Shown: positions 39,301 through 51,300 of the stretch, one piece after another
How positions within the stretch are numbered: position 1 is the stretch's first letter
Layout: the number at the start of each line of letters is the position of its first letter
Assembly: GCA_040954595.2 (NCBI GenBank)
Contig: CM082581.2
Coordinates: forward strand, 12,708,286-12,772,285
Origin: Balanoglossus misakiensis
Taxonomy: Eukaryota; Animalia; Hemichordata
Direction: 5' to 3'
Length of the DNA stretch: 64,000 bases
The notes under the pieces: generated by a model
Database searches by the model: none
What the model saw: the letters and a program-made list of their open reading frames with translations, nothing else
Told to the model about the DNA's origin: nothing
Position numbers and translations under genes: made by a program

Positions 39301-42300
39301 GATGTTAAGTGCTTAGTGTCAGGTGTTCAAGCAATTGCTACATTTTCAAATATTAATAATTCAGTGACATAATTCCTTCGTGTGCACATACCAGCATTGT
39401 CACATCATATCCATGACCCAAAAGTTCAACATGCCTCACATAGCAGGAAAAAAAAGAACATTTTATTTTTCGGAGACCTTTTTGATATGTTCATAACTAA
39501 ATGGTCGGGACACAGTCCAATCCATGGTCGAGGTATTGGTCTTTTTCCCTTTAAAAATGTATTTTGCCTTATGAGGTAAGATGGCCGTGTTCTAGCAAAG
39601 TATAATGAATATATTTATGATTTTCTTGCCGAAACAAGGACAGTTTTATTTTGTTGATAAGGATGCATACATCAAGAAAAATGAATTAAGAGAAGAGGGC
39701 CAGGGAACTTACATGTAATTGCTTTTCATATCACAATAGGAGATCTATGTACAGCATGGCTTGCATAGCAACTAATCATTGTTGCAAAGTATGTCTGACA
39801 CATGTACCAGTATGAAAAATCAATCAGCCAGAATTAATGAATTTGACTTCAATTGAAAAGAGGTCGAGTTTTAGCCACTTTTAATTAAATCATTGTTGAT
39901 CAGTTTTGCAAAAATTAACAAAACAGATATAGATTTAAGCAAAAGTCTGATTTTTAGCCTGTATGTGTTTCCGTAACATGTGTGATATATACATGTACAT
40001 GTGCATATCAAAATCTGGAATGTTTTTGATTTTGTTGATCAATGATGTTTTGGTGTCAACATTGCTACCTCACTTAAAATACTCCTGTGCTTAGTCTAGG
40101 TCAAAGGTCACAATACATGAGAACGTCAAGCAATTTATATTATTTTGGAAATTTTTGGTACTTAGAATGGCATGGAAATTGTGTATTTTGCACAGTGACA
40201 TTGTGCAAATGACAAACTGAGGATAATCTCCTTGATATGCTCCCAATTCCTGTCACTGATATTTCTACATGTAAATGCTGTGTGGACAATCTAATCTTGT
40301 TACATTTTTTTGCAGCCAGTCATATAATAAATTAATGTGGAGAAGTTAGATGCTCATGAAATATTCAAGTTATTTACCTATGTTGATGAATAATGGATGA
40401 AAATGTTTATTTTTCAGTTTCGCTGGTCCCTTCCCAATGGCAACTATTAATGGAATCATCGAGAATAAAGCCCCAAAGTAAGATTTTGAAATCAACAATT
40501 TTTTTTCTGCTTATTTCTAATATAATATTAACAATTTGAATATTTAAAATATTGCACTTACCATTTCACTTATAAAGTTTCATCACATTTCTTTATTGGA
40601 AGAAGAATTTATTGACACCATGCTTCAGTGATCATTGAGGTTTACTGGAAGCATTTTTACATGTTTGTCCATTTAATTTATGCTAATGATTGTTCATATC
40701 ACCAGTCTACATTAGTGACATTTATGTTGTTGTTTTTTAACTCCACTGTGTAAAAGATGAATCTTTGTGAAGCTGTCTATAGTTACATGTATAAGTCGCC
40801 TTTTTTCACTTCATCCATAAGCCATCACTTTCTGAGAAACCTGTGTTCCGTTCATTCACACAATCATTCTACTTCACAGGTAGCAGGTTGTTTGTTGCCA
40901 CATGTAAACATTGTCACATGTGTATACTTGCTATCTGAAATACTTTACTTGATTATGGCCGGAGACAGAACAGCTAAATCATCAATATGCCCAGTGATAT
41001 ATTATTGTGTGTTTGATGGCCATTTGATTCTGTAGATACTTGTTTATAAATCATGTGTTTGAATTGAAATTGCCACTTCCACCATACTGCTAACAGAAAC
41101 TATATGATTATTTCCTGTATGGACAAGGCAAGTTTCAACACTCTTGTCTCTTAAATACTGAAGATATTTTCTTGATCATGTTCAACATCGCTGGGTATAT
41201 TGCTGATAGGCTGTCAATCACTGGATTTTTGCATGATGTATTATACATAAATCTCTATACATCACCACACAAGTGTTTTAAATTCTTCACCAGTAAGAGC
41301 ACACCACAGTGTTATGTTTGCTACATGTGTATATTGCTTGTGTACATTACATTGTTGTCCATAATTATCTCCATAGTCTCTTGTAAATGAAATGAAATTT
41401 TTATCAATACATTAATCAGGAAATAGTGGAAACTTATTATTAGACCTATTGTTGTCATCAGTGACAACCAAATTGCAGATTTGGTCCAATGTGTGACGGT
41501 ACAATATGGCAATCAATTGTGGGAAGAAAGATAAAAAAAATTGATTAATGCTACTAGGACCAAAATGGATTGGTGGTCAGTGTCACATTACCATACCTGA
41601 AAAGGTTATTGCAGTGAACCTGATGTACATACATGTATGTAGACACTTAAAGACAAAAATAAAATCAGGTCATCAGTGCTGCTTTTATAAAACTGGAAAT
41701 TAGAGTGCTTACTTGAGTGACCCCATGTTTCTATTCATTGTATGGGAAGAGGCAGATGTTCAGGATGTGCATAAATTTAGAAGCATATCATGTGCTTCCT
41801 GTATTGTGGTTTGCGCAATGTTTGTTCAGCTATTTAGGGCTTGCCTGGGATAGTCAGCCAGTTGTACATTTGTAGGTTGAAATGGATACCCACATCTACT
41901 GCCAAGGAGATGATCAAGCCTTGCCGATGGGTATTGTTTGTCAATTCTGTGCAATTATAATTGACCAGGATATTGATCACATTGTTGACAATATTATTAA
42001 TGGAGACATCACCAGAAGATTTAATTTTGAGCCCTAATTACCTGCTGTTGTCATCACTGACCTCTGCAATTATAGTTATGTATTCAAGTGTATCTGCAAG
42101 GCATAGGGCATTGTAATTTCAACACACTTCTATTGAGGAAAAAAAGACACATACTTGCGTAGGTTGTGATTGAAAAAGATGTCTGTGGTACTAGTGTCTA
42201 AATTTGGACTAGAGTGAATAATGCTTGTGATTCCTAACGAGGCAGAGGTCAGGCAAAAGTCAAATGGTGTCAGAAACGTGCGAGAAATTTCCCTTCTCAT

Positions 42301-45300
42301 TATGACAGTCCACTGGGAGTTGTGGGGAATAATAAATATGTAACTTAGCAATTGGCAGCTTGTTACTATATTTATACAGTGTGCTGTTCAAGTGATGTTG
42401 TGAGCTGGGTTATGGGTAAAAAGATGACCAGACAAGCTTGCTGGAAATTTCATCTCGGTTCAGTATTAACAACACAATCATGAATTTGCATCTATGCACT
42501 GAGTGACTGAAGAGTTCTAATTTTGGCTGGATACCAATATATTTGCATAAGTTTTTAATAATTTGATACAGTTGTCGCCTGCACAGCTGTTTACTCCCCA
42601 AAATCTACCCCAAAATGACAAAAATGAATATTACCGTAATAAGAATTGAAGATGTTTATTGGTTGTCCACAAATTACAGCCGTGTGTAGGGCTTTGTGTG
42701 TGAGGTATTGGACTAGCCAAAGTACGACGTCAGGTATCTATGGATTCAGTGCTATTTCTGAATACGTGTAACTGTTGGAGATCTATGAATATTGAATTCA
42801 TCAAAGTTCCGGAAGTATTACTGTATTCACATTAACATCAGAAGTGGCCATATGGTACATGCAAACAACACCGTGCAATAACAAATTTAATATGTATCCA
42901 CGTTTTCATTTGTATATTCTAATATTAATTTGCTGAAAGCTTGTCAGTGATTACATATTAATTTTACTACAGTGTAATCTCCATTGCAATATAAGCTTGG
43001 GTCAAATAACAAAATGTCGTAATAGCTTATTTTATATTGATCTACCGGTATGAACCTCTAACAGAGGGCAGCCAATCTAATTTTATGGTACTATACTGTG
43101 TATTGCGGTACATGTAATTAGATGGATCATTCTTTTATTTTATTCGCTTTCTCATTTTTTGAACTATTTTATTTCATTTTAATGTTTTTGTTTCTCCAGT
43201 TTTACATGTAGATCTTTGAAATTCCAAGAACAGATAGATTTTTATCAGCAAAGCAAGGGACTGTAACTTTGTTATCATGCTTCACATCTTCCACTGATGG
43301 CCTTGCATGACTGAGAAAAACGTCTACTTGAGAGTCATAGCATGCGAGCACTGTTAGAAAATCATTTTCTGCGGGAGTGACATTCAATTTGAGTAATTTC
43401 ACCTTTGCCCAATATGTTGTTTTATGCACTGTCAAAGTTGTGGCAAAATTCAACATCTGACACTCTTCCCCTGATTGGTTCCATTGAAATGCGCGACCGG
43501 CCTTTTTGTTAGAAATGATTTTCTCTTGGCAGCCTCCTCGCGCCTACTGGGTTCCATCCAGAGAATTAAACCTCCCAATATACAGAATAGAATTGGCAGG
43601 AAAATGATTTTGGCATTGCAGTCGATCTTAGCAGACCTTGATGACGTCAACAGGAAAAGTGGCACACTCAACTATAGGCGACCAGCATGCTAAGTCGCCA
43701 GCTGATGAATATGCAAGTGATCGGCAGATACTGTAACATACCGCTGTTCAAGTATGCCAGACACGTATCTGTCCTTTCTAAACAGAAAGCTTGATGAGGT
43801 GAATACCAATACACCGAGGCTGTTTCTCAGCAAGAGTTGCGCATGTGTTCTCCGTTGGTCAGGGAGCCAAACATTTCCAGCAAAACTGCAAACACACTTT
43901 TCCTTTAATTATCTGTCTAGTCATTTATTAAGTATGTAAATGTATGTCAGACAAAGCATTCTTTTGTATGTGTAGTGTTGCATGTTTACCTACGAAGAGC
44001 TGGTTTGGTTTCATTTGTGATGATTTGTTAGTGATGATATTCTCAGTATTATATTCTTTTTCAAATGAGACCAAAAGATATACCCTCTCTAGCCTTTTAT
44101 AAGGTTGGATAACATTTTTGATAAATTTATTTTTCTTGTGCATGTATATAGGCTTAGTGTTTGCTGATCACCAATATATTTGTTTCCATATTTGCACATT
44201 GAGTTGGACTTTGCTGGCGACTGACCCTGGGGTTTTGTAGTAACAATAGTATGGGAAAGAACCGCATTGTTCTTGTAACTACTAAGGTCATTTATTAATA
44301 CCCAAGCATCCCCATAAACTGCTCATTTAAATTAAACCCAACTGCCATGGTCCGTCCCGTATTGTACATCTTTCCCTAGAATTTGTTTGTATTCTCATTC
44401 TAGACACAGGAGAGATGGCAATGCAATGTTCTCAGCCTACCTGTTCTAATGTGTCAGCTGCTAAATTTGGAAATTGAGACATTAGCAGTGTGAACATCAC
44501 TCCTCTGTGTCAGGAAAAAAAAATTGTACGCCAGTAATGATCCGAGACTCTGATTGCTTCTTCGAATTATGTAACAATCACCAAGGTTATGCTCATAAGC
44601 CCAAGTTTTGTAGAGTAGTGATACCTAGACAGTCTAAGGTTATAGTAAATCTTTGAAGAAAATCATCCCAGCAGCATTGTGCTCAGGTGCAACAAACCAT
44701 GTTTTCTCAATTATTCATTATTGTCTTCATTGCTTATTTATATGGCAAATTATATGCAAGTAAATCCTTTTCACCAATGAATTTTAAGCTGTCGACTGCT
44801 TCAAGGCTAAGATTTTTCTCAGTCTTTTCTTCTTAATTTTTCCCGTTGGCTGTTGTATTAGAAGAATATTCATGGTAATGATGAATTGGCTGTCAGGCAG
44901 GATTCCCTTGTTCATTCTCTTGTTCATTTCTAGCAAGGAAGTGACTTATCGTAGCATTTGTTGTTTTGAGAATTTTATATACAGTTATATGAATGAAATG
45001 GGGTATATGATTTATAAAGCACTATTATTAGGACATATAGTACAAGGACAGTTATAGGTTTCTTGTTGTAGCTGCAAAGATGATGGAGGAGGCCTCTGAA
45101 ACCAGATATTATTGTATGCTAAATTTATGGAAGTAATGGTAATTAAATGATTTGAATTCTCATTCAGCAGCCCAAGTGGGCAGCTGCTGTGAGGTTTATC
45201 ATTTCTTTTCCCTGACAAACAGATTGTCATCCATCCAAGCTGAAGTGTCCTCCTGGGGCCCATTAGTAAATTTGTGGTTTGTGCTCTGGACACATTTGAA

Positions 45301-48300
45301 TCCCCCCCCCCCCCCCCCCCCCCACCTTCCTAGTGTTCAAAGATGTACACCTTACAAATTGTAGGCAGCCTTCATACTGGATTATTTTAAATTCCATTAT
45401 TAACAATCTGTGATCAACCACTTAAAATGGGAAGCAGCAAGCACTAGTCACCTACAGTCTAACAAGGTACATGTATCTAGAATTTCATCTTTGATGGAAT
45501 GTGTGCGCAAGTCCATTAGCCGACTGTATCTGTAATGTTGAGATAGCCTGTACTATGGTAGCATGTTCATTTTTTTCTAAAGGCACTTTGTAGATATGCA
45601 TCCAGCGCACATTTATCAGATTTTGGAGTTGTCACAGATGTGACAGTTTCATAAAGAATATTGCCAGAGCGTGGAATATGGCTGCCCACCGGAGAGATTC
45701 TCTATTAAAGCCAAATCCTTCAATTGAGACATCTCAGCTTGACAACATATTCCACTCTTGTTCTGCAACAGCTGATCGCGGAATAATAACAGCGACGGGC
45801 TGACGCAATTTGTCAACACTGTGAAAATTCACTTGATGATTTAACAGGAGTTCAGACCTTGGGTTTTTCAACCACCTGAAAATGCCCATTTAGAAAATGA
45901 ATATCAAAGTCCCTAATGTAGTTTGAGATCTCTGCAGGCACATGCTACTGTGTGTTAATTTAACAATGCAAGCCTTCCATAAAACATGCAATCATAATTT
46001 AATGAAAGCAGTGCTGAAACTTTTCCAGGAAGTGCCCATTGAAATGTATTCCTCACTGTTGCCATGGAGCTGTATTAAATTATAATAAGTCAGATTGCAT
46101 CAGAGAGAGTGGGGTCAAGGGTTAAGTGCCTCAAAGATTGCAACAGCATAGTACAAAGAACAGTAAATATTTTCATTTTAAGCATTATGTCTAATTTAGT
46201 TGATTTTAGCGCATACCACTGTGAATATTTTTTCTTTGTGGTGGAATTTTAGTCTGTTAATGTTATTTCCATCAGCTGTTTGCACTGTTAGATGTATGGC
46301 TAATGGATGTCTTGAGAGAAAAGCTACAATTATTGACGTCATAGCCATGGCAACTCATAGAAAGCCTTATCAGCATGCATGACAAATCTTTCCTGTAGCT
46401 GCTTGGTCTTAAAGCAATTTTGCTCAGGTTCAGGAAATGGAATCTATAGAAGCTCCAACATGCATGATAATGCCAGTTTGGAATACTGGCTGCAAGTCCG
46501 GCAGTTAGTGTGGAAATCGTGACCCTATAGCTTTCCCAGGAGAAAAATTAAATCAATCCAGTAATCATACCTGACTGTGCTTCAAAGACAGCATCATTTC
46601 ACTGCTTCTAGATATTTGAGCCAGCAGTGTAGAATTGGCCAGAAAATTGTAAAGATCTAAACATTGACCGTATTATTGTAATGTTTTACAAAATTTTATC
46701 TTATTCTTGACATGAAGGTCACCCTCATGGGAGCTAGATGATAAACAATATTACACATCATTTTGAAAAAAAGAATTGTTGATGAGGTCACGTCAGTATA
46801 CTGTTTGTGTTTGTTGAGCTTGATGTGAAATGTACATGTACGTTAGTTTCTACTTTTGCCTGCATTGTAATGGTATCAAGATAAACAGGTTCAACAAATG
46901 ATTAATTTTTATAGGCATGTTATGTGAAAATGGTTAGAAAAAAAGTGTTGTTGTGCTAGAACATCCAATTGAAATTGTGTTCTCGTTGCCAACTGGCTTT
47001 CATTGTTGTCATACAGTAAAGAAATGAAAGTGTTATTTGCCCGACTTTTTCTGAGTTGCAGCAATATCACATAACTATGTCCAAATGAGGCGATTACGTT
47101 GTGATGAAATTTCTTGTAATTTGAGTTGCTTTGTGGCAAGGGCACATAGTGTATGAATAGCTTAATAAACAATGTCCCCTGCAGGAACACAATTGCAAAT
47201 CCAATTATCCAATTCAAAAGAAGGTAGCCATTAAATTGAACCGAGGGTGGCCGCTCATATTCAGTAGCTGGCAGTATAGTCAGGAAGTGCCGCCTTTCCA
47301 ACATCAAGAAGGTAACATTTGTAATCGAAAGTTACTTCTTCCAAATCCAGGTGCTGATTCAATCTTGTGCACTGAAAGGAACCAAATGAATATGACCTTC
47401 ACAGTATTACACTGTCACTTCAGATTTATTCCTGCATACGTGTGTACGTTTCTGAAGATAGAGATATTAAGCATATATAATCCCAGCCTTCAGTGTGTGT
47501 CCAGTTGAAGTACCCTGTTTTTCTCATCACTCAATTTACCAGCATTGCTTCACTTTCACCAATTCTTGTCGGCATTCCCAAAACAACCAATTTATCTAGC
47601 TAAACTTTATTTCCACAAGTAAATTATACTTTTGAGAATGTCCAGTGAAAAGGTAGATATAAGCTCAAACTGCCTTATTGATCACTAGACTAGTGAACCT
47701 TCCCACGAATTTTCTTTCAGTGTAACACAACAACCCACACCATTCTTCCTCAAGCCAAAACAAAATCCAATCATGTTCTGGCTTGATTGAAAAGTCTTTT
47801 TTGTCTACCTTCAGCATCATAATTGCACAATGTGGAGTATCAGAAGGGATGAAATCAATAACCATACTTACCGTATTTACATAGCAGATTGTGATATATC
47901 CCACAGAATTAATGACTACTAAAAATAGCAAAAGAAAGACGTTTTCCACAAAATCAATACAGCTGCTTGTCAGTACAGATTGGTATTTTCTTCAAGTATG
48001 AAAAAATATGAATGAAAATTGTGTAGATTTCATGCCAAATATGTGCTCAAGCAACAGACACATATTTGCACAAAAATCTACTACCCAAAGGCATTTTCAA
48101 CAATAACAGTCAATATTCATTTTCTGCTACAAGTTTTGTTGGGCTGGCTATTTAGAAAGCTTTGATGTGTTGCAGTAGCAGTGTGCTGCCCAGGGACCAT
48201 GTTATTCTTCTCGCATCCAATAGTGAAAATGAAAATTGAGTTTTATTCCCATCCAGATGCTGCCTCAGCCTTGTATCTCTGATCTCCGTATTTCGCCATT

Positions 48301-51300
48301 TCCATACAAATTCTGTGCCATTAAAACTCAAGTGGGCATATACTGTACATGAGAGCTCCATATTATTCATGGAAAGGAAAAAAAATCTCAGCACGTGCCA
48401 CCCACGGTGCCTCTTCCCTCCATTCTCAGCAGAGACAAACATTCTCATCCAGAAACATTCTCCCTCCTCAGTGGGGAAACAGCATTTCATGTTTTGTCAT
48501 TGTAATATCGGCAATATAAAGAAATTTAGGTTAGCTGTGGGAAGCTGAACCCAATATTTAGGGAAGCCAATCACTGTCTTGCTTTTATCCAAGAATGCAG
48601 AATAAGGACGTTGTTGGTAAAATGGCCTGGCTAATTTTATGAATGCTCTTTTTACTAGTATTTTTTCTCAGAGAGTCATAACTTCAGAATGAGAAGTACA
48701 TGTAATCCTCCCAGCTCTTAATCATGAATTACTCTTGCTACAGCACAAATGATGATTTGATTTGTAAGGCTGATGCTTCAATTAATATACAAAGCTCCCT
48801 GCTTAATTTTAATCCAGTCCTTCAGAATCAAATTAAATATCCATGTAATCAGCCATCACCAGTCGTTGTGGCCTTAGAGAAGATTTCTTGCATTGCTGTT
48901 GAGTGCAGCTCAATCAGCTTCATTGATAATATCTGTGAAATTTGTCAATAATTAATCTCAGTCAGCCTTCAAGGTGATTGACAGTCGTTAAGAAACTTTT
49001 TAATATGGTTACTGGAGCATTATAACTTTCTATGAATAATTCAAGTTGTAATTTTTTCCCATTTACAGATTTGAAAGATCTTACGATTGGGTTGGTGGTA
49101 TTGTAGATTTCTATCAGCCCATTCTGAGATTTAGCCCTTGATCTGTCAATTAGATCTACCCAGTCCTTCATAAATACTGATTTTATTTCTCTCTCTCCTA
49201 ATGCATGCAGCAAGGACATATGGACGCAGACGAGGTATTTGATTTTTCCCTGTTTACTATCTATCATGTGTTAATGTGTGTTGCAGTGCATTTTAATGTC
49301 TAAAAAATATATGTTTCATTTTTGTTCATTTCGAAGTGTTTGGCTATAAAAGGAAGTTATAACACATGGTCATTTTGCAGGTGTTCATACAAAATTGGGT
49401 ATTGTGTTCATTGGTAATTCTAAGAATGTTCTCCCAAGTGAAAGTAAGAGTAATGATAAGATCACTGTTATTTCACTGCGATTTCCTGGCTTCACAGCAA
49501 ATCTGAGACATTTCAGCACCTGCCTAATCACAATACAGCTCTTTCATCATGTGCAGTGTTACTGTTCTACTGTATTTCAAATCTTTCTTCCCAGTATTTG
49601 ACAAATGCATCTCACCTTAAGTCATTTTCCCACTGATAACCCCACCCGGTATGATTAGTTCCTACAGACTGAAGTCAAGGGGAGGGGGGAACTCGTTTGC
49701 TTTGTAAGAAATCATAAACATTTCACGTTTACTTGCCTTACTAAGTGCTAGATTGTGGTTTGCCATGTGGCAAAAATGTGGCAGAGATCACAGCCAGCAG
49801 GTAAACACTGACAGATTTGCTGATAGATATATGGACTTAAAGCCTAAAGACAACAGTGTGAATGTCTACAGCTATAAAGAGATAAGAGTGGTTTACCAAT
49901 TCTCTGCTAAGAAGCCCTAGACCATGGTCCTCATTGTTTACACACTGAAGTGTAATTGACAAGATTAACTGTAGCATAACAAAATAAACAAAGAACCCCA
50001 GGGTAAATAAACATGGCCATAATGGGTACTTCAGTGACCTGTTAAACCACAAAAATGCCAAAACCCGAGGTGACCTAAAGACAGGGGTTATGTCAATCAA
50101 CCAATTACCTGCTGCAGTACCCTGATGTTGTAATTTCAAGCTTCATTGCTTTTCTGTAGGCTGCAGGTTAGACTTTTCACACTAGTGATGTTAAACAGCA
50201 GCTAAGCCCTACGCTAGCAATTGGGTTATCCCTCAAAGTGATATTGTTGATTGTGTGACTACAAATTGCCTTTAGATAAAAGGTTAAAAGCCATTTTAGC
50301 TTGTATACTAGTGCCAAGTAATGGTCTTACTAAAAGTCATGTTCAAAATAGTCTTCTGAAAGCAATTACATGTACTACGTTATCAATTCTCAGTCAAGCG
50401 ATCTGTTAAAAATCTTCCCTTAGAACATTGTCTCTGTAAAAGTTGCTGAATTTAATTTAAGGTAGTTAACGAAAAACTGGATCTACAATTCCACTCGCAT
50501 ACAGAAAAAAAAACGTTTGACCTTGTGGGAAATATTTGTACTAATGGCAGGCAGTTTCAGCTCTTTCAGCTGCTATTACTAAACTGAAATCTATAATCTG
50601 TAAAGAGATAGAAAAAGAATTCATAGCTTAATGTATCTGGGGACTGGTGGCTGTGATTGGGATTTTGTACATAGAAATTGCTAGGATTCCGATGGAATTG
50701 GATGTTAGGCAGGCTGCATGTAGTTCTTTAGAATTGAAAGTCTTTTTTTCCCCCTTCCAATTTCCATTAACATCAATGGGTCAATCAGATTAGGGTAGTG
50801 GTAATCCCTTTAATAGATGGTCAGATTAAAGCTGCGTATAAGTAACCCCTTTAAGATCAGCCATGACACCCCAATGATATCACAACACATTACTGCAATT
50901 ATGGATTAAGGTGAGGGAAACTCAGATGTGACAGGAACTTTTCCTGAAAGCAGTTAAAATTTGGAAATTGTGTTAATACAAAATTATGGAACATTATCAG
51001 AGCAGAAATACAACTTGGAGATACATTCCAATACATGCAATAGTGTAAAGTGTGAAAATTTTACCTTTGTGTGTTCAGGATCTCTCCAAACACAAATCAG
51101 ACTTGAGATGTCGGCCAACATAGTACACTACAAAAGTCTAACCCAAATTCTGTTAATGTTGTAAATGTACAGTTTCTCAACCATTTTGCAAAATGACATT
51201 TCAAGCGCCGTGAAAAGCTACAATGGCTAGCAAATTCCCGTGTGGTATTGTTAATTCATGTCTGAAGCATTGCTGAAAAGGTCAGTGCTGGCATGCCTGC

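Noticed and set aside
43130-43210. Very long pyrimidine tract ending TTTCTCCAG inside the CPEB intron
   Set aside because: Phase-1 reading hits TGA after five codons and no strong donor follows. It could be a poison or cryptic acceptor but that is unsupported.
43528-43552. CAGCCTCCTCGC...CTGGG resembling the HDV ribozyme P3/L3 core
   Set aside because: The 3' strand of P3 is GCC rather than GGC, there is no upstream P1 partner, and no P4/J4-2/P2 closure.
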